In this document: positions 23,839 to 36,779 of the stretch, piece by piece
Numbering within the stretch: position 1 is the first letter of the stretch
Layout of the letters: every line of letters starts with the position of its first letter
From: Octopus bimaculoides
Lineage: Eukaryota
Assembly: GCF_001194135.2 (NCBI RefSeq)
Contig: NC_068992.1
Span: forward strand, 6,471,572 to 6,535,571
Direction of reading: 5' to 3'
Length of the DNA: 64,000 nucleotides
Made by a program: the position numbers and the translations under genes
The notes under the pieces: model-generated
What the model was told of the DNA's origin: nothing
What the model saw: only the letters and a program-made list of their open reading frames with translations
Databases searched by the model: none

Positions 23839-25697
23839 TATATGCACAAAGACACACATACACCCTTACATATGTGCGTGTGTGTGTAACTGAATTAAGA
23901 AGCATCGGTTTAATTGAACTAGGCTCAAGGACGAGTTTTACGTTTAGCGGAAACAGGATGTTATGCCATTTTTTCTTATAAACAATCTCATTAGAAGCCA
24001 TCAACTGAAGTGACTCGAGATAAACAGCAGAAAAACCAAAACCGGTCAGTACCCCAAGACCCGCCTACAGTATTTTCTTTATCGCAGTGAAGGAACTTTT
24101 TTACTTCGGTTGACCTGCTAGAAATAGCAACTCAAAGTACATGTAATTACTTTCTACTGTTTTGAAAAATGCAATAATTCGTTGGATGATGTGATTTTTG
24201 ATACATTGTCTTACGTCTCAAAAATGACTGCTGGAAAGTCTTTGATCGTAGATCTGCTTGGAACTAGCTGCTCCATCGATAGTGAAAATATAATGAAAGA
24301 TCTATAAAGCGTTGTTGTCTCAAATAATGACTCTCACACCTCTAAATTTCTAATCGAGATCCACCTCATGTGTGGTAACAATAGCAACAACATATTGACT
24401 AGAAATCACCTGTACGCTGGTTGCTATTGAAACTGGCGCGGGTGACCTACGACTTTATGTCTGTATGTCTTTCAATCACAATCCTTCCAAAGGGTATCTC
24501 TAAATGTAAATAGTAGCCAAATTTTCCTCAAAGCATATTCATATGTGAGTTTAAATACCTGCATCAACCCACAACTGAGATATTCAGATGTTGGCTTTAA
24601 ATGTCATCTACAGCAGTTAATTCTCTCTTCAATCACGAGATTGCAATATGAATATTTGCTTACACACACACGTACATACATACATACATACTTACATACA
24701 TACATACATACATGCACGCACGCACACGCGCACACACACGCACGTGCACGTACATATACGTATGTATATATATAGGGAGGCTATATGTGTACATATACAT
24801 GATTATAGTTCAGGTGCTAGATATTGAGATGCATTTGACATGTATATGAGCGTATTTAATGTCCATGTATATGTAATTTGCTCAAAACAGTAATAAGTAC
24901 CATGTGCATACGTACATTCGTACAAAATACACACACAAACACATACTCTTACTTATACATATACACCCTCACACTCACACACACTTCTCTATACATTTCT
25001 CAGCAGATACAAAAAATATTTTCGCATGTATATTTATAACATTATTTTTCCATATAGTTAAGAAGCATGTTTCTATACATCATTGCTATGAAGTTCTGGT
25101 TCTACATGCATACCTTGATAATTGTGATATGTACGGAGGTACAGATGTGAATAAAATTGGATGAAAGAGAAGTGTGATGCAAAAATCCAGTGAAGGCTGC
25201 ATTTGAAGAACTCTACGTACGACTGCTGTGGCAGTAACATGAAAAGGTGTTCAGAATTCCCTTAATAATCAAAATTTGGGTTCGATAATAGACCACCTAC
25301 TCATTAAATTGGGAATTCTGCTATTCTACAAATCCAAGCATACTCTCTAGCGTGTGACAGTATTTAATATGTTTTCGTATCTCAAAAAAACAAATAATTA
25401 AAAAAACATGGAATTATGGATTTATTCTTCTTTTATAATAATCCTTTCTCATTTTTGGTTTTTATAGATATTTTTCAAAAGTATTTTTTTAACATTATTA
25501 TCAAGAGTGGTCGAAATTTTTAAGAAGTTTCCTACGTTTACTCTAACGTTCTTATCATCTAGTTGCTAGAATTTAATGGCAATGAAGTAATATTAGAATG
25601 GGGAGTCGTGTGCACGTCACAATTTCATATATGTTTCATAAAAATCAAATATGTTCATTAGAACAAACTTTGTTGCATAATTTGTAGAAATTATGCA

Positions 25698-25769
<72 letters not shown>

Positions 25770-26048
25770 TGTGCAAAGAGTAAAAGAATATATATTTACA
25801 TATAGATAATATACATATACACACATATATATATATGCAGGTATGTATGCATATATGTATGTTTGTATGTATATATGTAATTCAGTATTTAAATATATGC
25901 ATATTTCCAATTTAAATGCATATATCTTTGCTCGATAGGTGCATAAAAGTATACACGCATGTATACATGTATAAACGCATACATACTAACATGCATGTAT
26001 ACTACATAAACAAACATGTGCGTGCATATACACACACACACACACACA

Positions 26049-26113
<65 letters not shown>

Positions 26114-26726
26114 TCACACACACACACGTTGCAGACTAATTAAAGAGCTCGACTCACGTTCGGAACACTCTCGATATTAAAATTTCACATTTAAAAGACT
26201 TATCTTTAAAACATTTTAAACCGTATTTCAAATATCCTGGGTGATAGAAAATTATTTATTACTCTCAGTTCTACATATAAATCACTTTACAATTCTGAAA
26301 TACTCTGGTCTTATTCTCAGTAATCTCTATAAGTCGAACTGCTAACTCTTGTAAGTTTTCAATATATTGCTAATCTTATCAAAATAGAAATACCATTATT
26401 TGTGAACTTCTCAGATGTTGGCAATTAGCTCTTACTTATCAAAATAAAATCCAACTATTATACTATGATACCTGAATATTTCTGAAGTATAAACAATTTT
26501 AAGGTAAAATGATGCTGAGGAATAATTCATGAATTCTTTTATTGGGTTGAGGAATAATTCATGAGCGTTATGTTTAAATTTATTTTAAACAAAAAAAAAA
26601 CTACAACAAATTAATCAATTATATACTATCAGGTACTGAAAGGTTATAGATACCGCATTTAACCGACAGGTTGAATCAAAATTTCATTAGCGTCGGAAAC
26701 CGTATTAGTTCAGATTAGCGATCTGT

Positions 26727-26907
26727 TGTGTTGTTGGGACTCCGTCGCTTACGATGTTGAGGGTTCGCCACCATCCCCTGCTGGAGCCTCGTGGAGCTTT
26801 AGGTGTTTTCGCTCAATAAACACTCACAACACCCGGTCTGGGAATCGAAACAGCGATCCTATGACCGCGAGTCCGCTGCCCTAACCACTGGGCCATGGCG
26901 CCTCCAC
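26727..26907 (-). mobile_element. tRNA-Arg-like SINE family C, short internally deleted variant, 11-bp TSD
   Basis: Same head and tail as 38687-39079. TAGCGATCTGT occurs at 26716-26726 and 26908-26918. Confidence 0.9.
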
Positions 26908-27810
26908 TAGCGATCTGTATACACACTTACATTCTGTTGAAAATATACATTCTGTTGAAAGCTTTCTGAACTGCGGAATTTGTCTCGAAAAAGCATCTGA
27001 CGTTGCAGTGTTAGACGGTATATAATTTTTTTGAGAAGGGTTCCTATCCTCCGCCTCAGAAGCAAAAGAATGATCTGTTGGATTAGTTTAAAAAGAATTT
27101 TCAAATACCAGTTTCGATATAATTACTCATATATTTTTAACAGCGATTCCAAAATCAAATCACTTATTCACTGAGAACTGTTTTTAGTTTTGTTTTACTG
27201 TAATTTCTACGTATATGCTAATTTGACTATGGTCCACACCTCCACGCCGTAAATAATTTTGGAAGAATTTCATTTAGCAAAATATTTTAAAATGAAGACA
27301 AAAACGAATGCATAAACGCGTATAAAATATTTAAATTATTGTTTTATTTTCTTCTTAAGCTTGCCTGCTAGTATTAATACATCGAACAAACATGTAATAG
27401 CAACAACAGACAGGCGTTTTCTGCTTCTTTATGCACGGTTAAGAGCAAATGTCAATAGTAATTCTTCACTTATGTTTTGTATTATCATAAACTGTTTCGC
27501 TATAATCTTTATTTGTGTTGTAATGATGTTTTTAAAATAATATTTTGCGCTGTTTACAATTTTGCACAAACACACACGTACACATACGCACAAACACACC
27601 CACTCAAATGAAAAAGAAATAAAATGTAAACCTGCAGCGCCAAGCAAAACTAGCAAATGTAATTTTTTTCCATTTTATACGCTGCTTCGCCAAAAAAGTC
27701 TTTTATTTTATATTTCATATAAAAACGGTAAAATTTAACTTGCTTCCATAGACCGCGAGAATAGGAAACAATTTTTTTGTATTAAATAGAAGGAAACATT
27801 TCTCGATAAA

Positions 27811-27861
<51 letters not shown>

Positions 27862-28176
27862 TGTGTGTGCGTGTGTGTGTGGGTTTGTGTGTTTGTGTGT
27901 GTGTGTGTATATGTGTGTGTGTAAATATACACAGACACGTCTATATATACATTTACAGATGTATACATGTATATGCATATATATATAATATATATATGCA
28001 TACATATATAAAACGCTATTGTGATTAAAGGTCATGGTTGGAACGTCTTAGTGTTATTTCCTAATATCCTTTTTTGCAACAATAAAATTTTATAATTCTA
28101 TATAAAATATAGCAGAATATTTTTTTTTAATTGTGCATACACTCATACACACAGGTTTATACATATAGACACACAT

Positions 28177-28227
<51 letters not shown>

Positions 28228-28236
28228 ATATATATG

Positions 28237-28274
<38 letters not shown>

Positions 28275-28419
28275 TATATATTACTACTAGTATGTAGCTA
28301 GCCATACGAGTTGTAACATCTACAGTTTATTTTTAACCAACGTAAAATAAATGAATAAAATGTTACATACATTGATTTTTGTTGCATTTGTCACTTAATA
28401 TTTATTTTTTACGTTGTAG

Positions 28420-28553
28420 TTCAGTTCTGGGAAAATGGTTGAAGAATATAAAAAACCCTGCAGCAGAGACAGAATATGCCAATGCAAGATGAAGCTCTGA
28501 AAAGGAGTCAGCTAATGACTAATGACCGGTCATCACCACCAACAGGATTCAAT
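28420..28553 (+). other. Candidate spliced exon (5' UTR plus MPMQDEALKRSQLMTNDRSSPPTGFN)
   Basis: Acceptor tttattttttacgttgtag, donor gtaagc, ATG at 28476 open to the donor in phase 0, in non-repetitive sequence. No homology recognised. Confidence 0.25.
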
Positions 28554-28799
28554 GTAAGCACGATAATCTTGGGTTGGATCAGCTAAAGCCGCAAATTTAT
28601 GAGGCGAAATAAGTATATAGCTACAAATATGGCAGGATGGTTTCAAAGATTACTTTCTACCCGCATAATTCCGTGTACTAGTCTCTTTTACATTCTTCGT
28701 GAGTGATATGGTAGACGGAAACTAAAAGAAGCCTGTTATATGAAAATGTGTGCGTGTGCGTGCGTGCGTGTGCGTGCGTGTACATGTATGTATGTATGC

Positions 28800-29313
28800 C
28801 ATTATTCAGTTTCATTTCAAGATTTCTTGCCAATATGGAAAGAGCTGGTTTCTAACCTAGATCCAAGCTAGATTTGTATGTTTTGTTTTATGTATGTCTT
28901 CTCATGAATATATTTTCATATCTAGACATGCTCATATATATTTAAATGATAAATTCTGGAAAGTTTCACAGGTTTTTACAGTTCCAGTGATGGATTGGAC
29001 CTGCAGTCTTCGAATTAGCTTTCTCCTTTCTGGTTTTGAGAAGCCTAATTTCTCAAGATTGGTATTTAGCGAGTGTGTTACATATTCCAGTGCCCCAATA
29101 TTCACATGTATAAACCTGAACTTGTAATCTGGATAGTGTAACTTCAGACTTCTCAATAGTTCAGCGTAGGTATCCTCTTTTCCACTGATCTTCAGGGCTG
29201 TCTCAACATCTGTTGTGCAGCTGATTTCCACAACCGTACACGGTTTCTCTTTTCTATTCCAAATCATTATATCAGGTTTATTGTGTTTACATCTTATTAC
29301 GATTTTTATTGCA

Positions 29314-29317
<4 letters not shown>
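28800..29317 (-). mobile_element. RLE-type LINE 3' end, same family as 1130-2095
   Basis: CKHNKPDIMIWNRKEKPCTVVEISCTTDVETALKISGKEDTYAELLRSLKLHYPDYKFRFIHVNIGALEY...LQVQSITGTVKTCETFQNL; shared 3' UTR; (CATA)n tail. Confidence 0.85.
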
Positions 29318-29403
<86 letters not shown>

Positions 29404-29924
29404 TCTATTTTTTACTTGTTTTCAGTCATTTGACTGTGGCACTTGAAGAATTTTAGTCGAACCAACCAACCCGATATCGGAACTAAACAGACTATTAATG
29501 GTTGTCCAGCGGTAGTGCAGAACAAACACAGGCGCTCGTACGTACACCTACACATTTATGTACATATATACATCGTCTTACGCCAAGGAGCGGTGCACAG
29601 TGCCAAAGTTTTCGACTAGAGTCAACTATAACAAACTAATCGTTGCATAATTGGTGTTTCGACCGACTAGTTTGTTCTGGCATCGAGTCACATTAGTTGC
29701 AATTATCTGTAAGAATCAAGTCAAACTGAACAGTGATATTTTGAAATCATTCGATGCGTACGCTTCAGGTTAACGTAACATATAGTAAGAAAGACATCCG
29801 TTACATAAGACCATCTTCTGTTAAAACATTTCAAAAATACGAAGAAACTGAAGGGGAAATTTCATTATTTATAATTTCAATATATATATATATATTGAAA
29901 CTTCTCTATCAATTTCTTCCTATT

Positions 29925-30027
29925 TTTGAAATCGTTGAACTGAGGAAGGCTGGAAGGTTTACGTAATAGATGCATTTCCTATTCTATAATGCGCAAGCTT
30001 AAAACGTGCGTATTAAATTATTTCAAA
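29925..30027 (+). ncRNA. Type I hammerhead-ribozyme fold with a single core lesion (G12>A)
   Basis: Stem I 29925-29939/30013-30027 (13 of 15 paired, in register); CTGAGGA at 29940-29946; stem II AGGCT/AGCTT; AAAA in place of GAAA; stem III ACG-tg-CGT; cleavage triplet GTA at 30010-30012. Confidence 0.6.
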
Positions 30028-30070
30028 TTATTACTATTTGGTTTGATATCATTATTACAGCTATATATAC

Positions 30071-30109
<39 letters not shown>

Positions 30110-30119
30110 NNNNNNNNNN

Positions 30120-30150
<31 letters not shown>

Positions 30151-30151
<1 letters not shown>

Positions 30152-30515
30152 GGAGACGGTCTTTAAGTTTCCGTTCACCAAATCCACGCACAGGGCTTTG
30201 ATTAGCCCGAGACTATGATAGAAGACTCTTGCCCTAGGTGACTCGCAGTATGTCTGAAACCGGAACATGTTGTAGGAAAGAAAACTTCCTACAACACAGC
30301 CACGATGCGCGCTCGCGCGTGTTTGTGTGTTTGTCTCCCACAACTGCCTTACAACCGGGGTTGTTTTGTTTACTTAGCAGCTCGGGAAAACCGACCGATG
30401 AGATAAATTCCAGGCTTTAAAAATGTGTACTAGAGTCGATTCGTTCGACTAAATTCTTTTAAAGTGCTACCCCAGGTTGACTGCAGTCCAATGATTAAAA
30501 TAAGTAAAAAATAAA
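30151..30515. mobile_element. SINE B 5' half (minus, 30151-30305) abutting a SINE B 3' half (plus, 30320-30515)
   Basis: tttaagtttccgttcaccaaatcc...aacacagccacg on the minus strand, then tttgtctcccac...gtcgattcgttcgactaaa...gcagtccaatgattaaaataag on the plus strand. Confidence 0.7.
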
Positions 30516-30799
30516 GTTTACTTATTATAAACTGAAGCACAATTGCTATTTAAAGATGGTGGTGATGATTATGAAAAAGGAAAATCTCCACAAGTTAAAA
30601 AGACTCCACGTCAGAAATCATCATTGCATTTACTGATGGAAGGAATAAGACTGACACTGAATTATTTCTAAAGGTTTGAGACTGAATAATCGAGATTCTA
30701 GAAGCTTATGTTCCCAAGGATTAAAACAAAACAATCAGTTCACTTCCAGGTCCTTTTTTTTTTTTTACAGCAGCACATAAAAAAAAAGAAAATATATAA

Positions 30800-32450
30800 A
30801 GAAGACTGTCTGTGTTGGAGTTATGTGAAGCGGTCACAGAGTCGTGCATCTTGCTTTTGTTAAAATGGGGTCGATGTACCTTCGTATATGCGTGAATTAA
30901 TCAGTCGTTTAGGATTGACAGTTGAGAAAGGTTGAAGAAAATTGAAGGATCAAATTACATGTCAGGAGTTATTCTCACTTGAACAAGCAAATTTTAGGCG
31001 AGAATAAGCGGTGCTTCAACATCAATTTACAGATTGTTAACCTGATCAAGGCCAAATATAAGAAAGAGAAAAAAAATTTCTTCCTTGCCTTCTTCATATC
31101 AGATCTTTTTGAAGGTGGGTTGGGTTGGTGGGGGCTTGTTTTTCGCAGTTCTGAACAAATTGGTGACAATCATAATGGAACTTCGTAGAGTTTTTACTAA
31201 GCCCTAGATCAAGTATGATTCATCATTTAATCAACATATCACACGTGTTCAGTCTCACAGAAGACCGCAACAAGTATACCTGTACACTACCTATCCAATA
31301 ATACACAAGACGAGTTCACTGCAACCTGCGGATCATTTGTGCAAAAAGAACATTACTGTTGATATAAAACCTGCAAAGTATTTCTAAATTCTATTGATGG
31401 AACGTCTGATTGTTCTTGCAAACGTAGTTATTATTCATCCTCACGTGTATGAAGAGGAAAGATTTTCATAATGACAAAACGAAGGAATTGCACATAAAAT
31501 TATAATATTCTTAGTCATTCTTAATTTGAACTCATTGGATCAAGCATTTGACGACGGCTCGCATATGATTGGAAATTACAGTAATGTGCAAGCTATTTTA
31601 AAGAAGAGGAATGACAAATACATTTGTGCAAATAATATTCTGATGTCATTGATACAGCTTGTGTTAAAACCTGAAAAGGATGAACAACATTATTTTGAAT
31701 AATGCAAATCATGTGCATGCTGTAACATGAATGATGAATAAGAATTGGCGTGTAAGATCAATTGCGTGGCGTTTAGATTGTGTGAGAAATACAGCATTAG
31801 GAAAGAATTAAGTCAACAATTTGACATAACGGTATAAGTTGGATCTTCAGGGTATCAAAAAGTACCCAGATGTCTTTGAATGTGAATTGAAGATGCCGGC
31901 TATTTGGATTAAGAATGCTAACCCTGATCCATGGAACCAACTTGGTAAACAATCTCATGATGCAATATCGGTTGTAGCAAGGGACAACCTTGAGTGTCTA
32001 TGAGTAGATATCTTGAATGTAGGATAGAAATGGAATGCTTTATTTGAAAAGGTTTTGAATCAAAGTTAGTGCGTTGGGTAGTTCTGCTATTCACACGTGT
32101 TTCTCAACTCTAAAGGGTGATGCTGAAAATTGCATCTTCAACATAATTGACTTTGTTATCAACGTCCTTTCATGTCGCTTTTCAACAGTGAGAGACATTT
32201 GTGAAAGCTTTGATTTCTGTGGCACTTTAAGCTGTTAGAGGAAAATGTGCAACTACAAAAAAATTCAATCAGATTCATTTATGCTATCGAAGTTATATTT
32301 CAAGTGGCATCAACAATCAAATGCATTTCATAAAAGAATATTTGATGTGAATTTCAAACTTGATAAAAATACCGGAGAAAATTTATCAAGAATTGAAATT
32401 TCACAAAGCTTTGTCAAATATCTTTATCGCGTTCCACACTTTTTTCTGTC
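30800..32450 (+). mobile_element. hAT-superfamily transposase relic (DUF4371/ZMYM-like type)
   Basis: GLVFRSSEQIGDNHNG (compare LAFRG...NGNF); HYLSNNTQDEF..CGSFVQ (compare YLSxxxQNE); IDGTSDCS-like segment; QAFDDGSHMIGNYSNVQAILKKRN (compare GQxYDNGxNMxGxxxGVQ). Many stops and frameshifts. Confidence 0.7.
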
Positions 32451-32950
32451 ATTGCCTGCAACAGGCGCTTGTAATTAGAAAAAACTTAAGTTTTTCTTAA
32501 ATGAAATACACCCCTACTCCTTTTGCCCCTCCACTTCTTAGTCCTTCCTCCGCTTCTCTTCACAGTGCCAGCTCCACGGTCCGCACACATCCCCATACCC
32601 CTCTACCCACATCTCACCATCACAACCTCAACGCATGAGCACTACTTCCGCGTACGTCTCCCTTCGACCACTCTTCTTCCATACATTCACATCTTTCGCA
32701 TACGCATGCATATACTTCTTTTCATCTGACATCTGTCACATTTCTACGAAGGTAACACTGGTTGAAACTGTTTCGGTTTTTATTTTATGGTTTTCATTAG
32801 CTACAAAAAGACACAGTCTTTTGCAAACACCATCGAAAGATGTTTTTGCCCAAGTACATCAAGTATTTTCTATTCCAGGTACAACACCAACTTTCCAGAC
32901 ACTTATGGTCTGGAAGCTCTTGTATTCTACGACATTGACTAAAAGCAGAT

Positions 32951-32986
32951 GTACCAACGTTTCGGACTTATTTGCCTCAGAGTAAC
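32951..32986 (-). ncRNA. Decayed minimal hammerhead-like motif
   Basis: Minus strand gttact-CTGAGGC-aaataa-GTCC-GAAA-CGTT-ggtac: palindromic AACGTT stem III, GUU site, and a short stem I (TACT/GGTA). Confidence 0.35.
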
Positions 32987-33319
32987 AATCGGCAGTAGAC
33001 TTCCCCATCGAACACGAGTGTACGTACCAGTTTGACAACTTACAATGTACATATGCATAAGTGTTGATATTCATGTATATATGTACATACATATATACAT
33101 TCATACATACATATAGCGACACTCAAATTTATATATGAGACGGGTATAAAGGCAAGTAGCAGATAGAGCTGGCGTGCCTTCTTTTTATTGTATCGTAGAA
33201 GTGAGTAAACAAAAGCAGTCAAACGACATTAGAAAGTAGAGGCTTTTACTGACTGGTATTATTGAAATAGTTGGTACGAATTAAAGGTTATATAGCGAGA
33301 AATAGCTGAACAATTATGA

Positions 33320-33326
33320 AAAAAAA

Positions 33327-33370
<44 letters not shown>

Positions 33371-34240
33371 GGAGAGAAAGAAAAAAAGCAAAAGGTAATG
33401 TTTAAATAAGTAGGAACGGTTATGTCTTGAATTGTTGGAATAAAGTAAATTAGAAAAGTTTCTCATTGATTGAAGCAGTTAATTAACCACGGGGAAAGTG
33501 ATAATGATAAAAACACACAGACAAATAGAGGAAATGATTGGAAGTCAATAAAGTAATTAAAAAATGTGAGCAACATTATTTTTACATAAGCTGGATCAGA
33601 GTGAACGGAAGGCTTACAAAGTGAGTGAAAATGTATGTGAAAGAGAGAAAAAGAGAGAGAGAGGGAGAAGGAGAGGTGGGGAGAGAGTTAGAAAGAGTAA
33701 GGGTGTGAAATGAGATTTTGAAAGTGTTCTTCAAATATAGAGGAGGTGCATATCTACTGACATACAGGGGGAAAGAATGAAAGCAAATTTTAGAATGTGT
33801 TGGAGATTGAGATTAATAGACGGGGAAAGTAAGAGGGAGAGTGAGAGAGTAGGAGAGTAAGAGAGTGGGAGAGAGACAGACAGGTAGTAACAGAGAAAAG
33901 GAGTCCCGACAGTGAGAGCAAATGAGACAGAAGGAGATAGATTTTGGCAGAAACTGGTTCTTTAGAAAATGTTTGGTATTTTAGAGAGTGGAATGAATAA
34001 AAGGTTTTTCTTTTCTGTTCTTTGTTTTTGAGAGAAAGTAAGTGAGTTTAAGATATTGAAAGAGAAAAGAAAGGAGATGAATGAAAACATTGTGACTAAG
34101 TGACAGCAAATGAGAAAGTCCGAGGAATATTTTGGAAATTGTTGGACAGAGGGTGATTTCTATACAAATAGAGAGGCTGGGATTGAGAGAAAAAAGAAAA
34201 GAAAAGGAGATTGTGAATAAGAGAATGCGTGAAAGATAGA
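33320..34240 (+). repeat. Purine-rich (GA/GAA) low-complexity region
   Basis: Direct reading. Confidence 0.75.
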
Positions 34241-34299
34241 GAACACGTGCGTAAAATTATTATACAAAACATACCTATAGTTATACCTAACTATAAAAT

Positions 34300-34345
<46 letters not shown>

Positions 34346-34999
34346 TATATTTATTATATACAGGCATACCTCACCCTACGTCGTTAATTGGTACCAAGAG
34401 ACACGACTTAAGTTGAATTAACTTGTCTCTAGGCTAAACCGATAATAACCATTCTCAGTTCTGTACTTTATGAATGGATTTTCAATAATACATGAATGGA
34501 TTTTTCAGTTATACAATGGTTAAGAAAAACCTATTTTAAGCTTACAAACAAATAATTATTAATTTTTAATACAGTACAGTAAAAAAAAAAAAGAGTAATC
34601 TAAATTTACGAATGCAGTTTGCTGGTGTTTACCGTACATCGCGGACGCTTTATTTATGAATGCGGTTTGCAACAAGACATGGTAAATTAAAAGCCTTTTT
34701 TAAGCTTAAAAAACAAATTTAGTAATTATTATTATTTATTTGCAATAGTAAAAAAAAAGCTAAATTATTTTAAATTTACCAATACGTACATACGGATGCA
34801 GATGTATGTATGTATGTATGTATGTATGTATGTATGCGATTCACTCAGTATATGAATACCGACAAGTCATGAACTTAAAAGAGTTCATATGCTGAACTAT
34901 CCCACATAATAGTTGATCTAAAATTTGGTCTATTGTACCGTTAGGTATATGTAAGGTGTTGAGATGCGTTTCATTACCTGTTGTTGCCGACCTGAGAAA

Positions 35000-35240
35000 T
35001 TCTCATTAGAATTACGGTTGCCATATTTGGTGAATTGCTTTCTTACTTCCTGGATATGTCAGGGATGCACCACAAGTCCCATGAGCAAAGTTAACATTTT
35101 CTCAGAACAGCTGAATTGAAGAATAGAATCTCTCCCAATTGATTTACCGCAGAATATGACCTTGATCTCTTTAAATTCTGTATGAAGAAGTACCCTTATT
35201 AATGTTGGCGATTTCTTTCATTCTAATATTTTTATCGGTT
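35000..35240 (+). mobile_element. CR1/L2/Jockey-type LINE extreme 3' fragment
   Basis: LRTAELKNRISPN*FTAEYDLDLFKFCMKKY (compare FFPRTAxLWNSLP..FP..YDL..FK..VN). Confidence 0.5.
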
Positions 35241-36779
35241 CCTCTAATACCATTTCCATTTATTGTGTTTTATCGGCGCCTTTTTTTTTTTTGTTATCTC
35301 ATTTACTGAATTTTATTATCGCCAATTTTTTTATTAGTTCTTTTATTACCATCTAATCGTATTTCACTAATGTTTTTATTGCCATCTTTTATTTGCTATC
35401 TTAAATATGCATGTATATATAGAGAGCTTTTGTGGCATTAATGCTACTTCCTTCCTATCCTCAAATACATTGTCTAGAATTGGGCTACAGGCCTTTTTTT
35501 AGGATGATTTCACTAAATATAAAAAAGAAAAATATATTGTATATCTGTCTAGCCTACCTTAAAATAGATGTACAGTAAACTTTACTGAAATCCACCAGCT
35601 GCCATTTGCAACATTTAGTGAAGAGTAAATCTTCAAAGGAAACCCATTCTACTTATACTGTCTGAGCAAGCAGGATACCCTGTCACACGGCTTTCGCAGC
35701 AAGCTGTAGACTATTGTTGTTTTGCAGATTTCGGGACAACTGTAGATTACCAGGTCAGTAACAATATACTTTGCTTTTATCAGAACCTTTAAGCGTTTAA
35801 GGACCGGGTCTCTCAGAAAGGTTCAATATTCCATGTCTTCATAAATAGCTGTGCTCTTTGAGAGAAGCATTAGTCTCCAGCTATTGTAATTTGGCATCGT
35901 ATTTCAAAGGTAATACGAGTTAGGGATATGCTGAAAATGGTAACATACATCAAGTCTCAGAGCGCTTATAATCAAAAGTATACGGTGCAATCAATAGGAA
36001 GTTTGAGATGAAGAAAAGACTTATTACAGACTATTCATTATGCAATGATATAATTCAATGCACAAACACCGAACGTATAGCAGAGAAGGTCTGTGAGGAG
36101 GTCCAATATGGAGACGTTGTATCATGAAATATAATACATTGACTAAAGCTTACCAAATATGCAAGAAATACTAAAAGAATCAACGCTTCATGGTGTACAT
36201 AATATGGCAGTTACGGTGAAATGTAAAAACAGCGAGGAAACTACTAGCAGATAAAATTATTAGTTTCTGTCCTTATATTTATGCATTTTCTTATTATGTC
36301 ACTAACACTTCAAAATTTATTTGCAAAATCCAGTTAATGAATTCCTCGCTAGATTTATGTAATGTTTTACTTTCCTGTAATAAATTGACAGAAAAATGCA
36401 TTACAAAATATTCGATTCCTTGTCGGCACAACTGACAAGCTGAGCATACAGAGATTAAAGAATATCCATTTTGATGAAGACTTGCTGCTCCTCTGCGTGT
36501 CCTGACTTCACCCTTCTTGCATTTGTACATTGCTTTCTGATCAAACGATTGAGACCGGACAGAGATACAGTGGCTCATCTAACTTGGTCTTGACAATTAG
36601 CAGGGTCCTCCGTTCATTCGTCTTATATAATGTTGAAGTTTTCTTGGGTACTGCGTTGATTATATATTTATAAATATTTGGTTCATGGGTGTGACAGCAT
36701 TGGTGTTTCTTTAACTGCTTTTGAGTGGTCATCTTTCTATGGAGATAAGATAGCCAAAGTACCTGAGTGACCCTTGAAG

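Noticed and set aside
26516-26564. 17-bp direct repeat tgaggaataattcatga around 15 bp
   Set aside because: Only two copies, a simple local duplication. No CRISPR-like array exists in the window.
34359-34440. TA-CAGGCATACCTC, a Tigger-like TIR start
   Set aside because: No matching right-hand TIR was found, so the element cannot be delimited.
35725-35750. 26-nt acceptor/donor-bounded segment (DFGTTVDYQ)
   Set aside because: Too short, and not phase-compatible with the other candidates; chance occurrence is likely.
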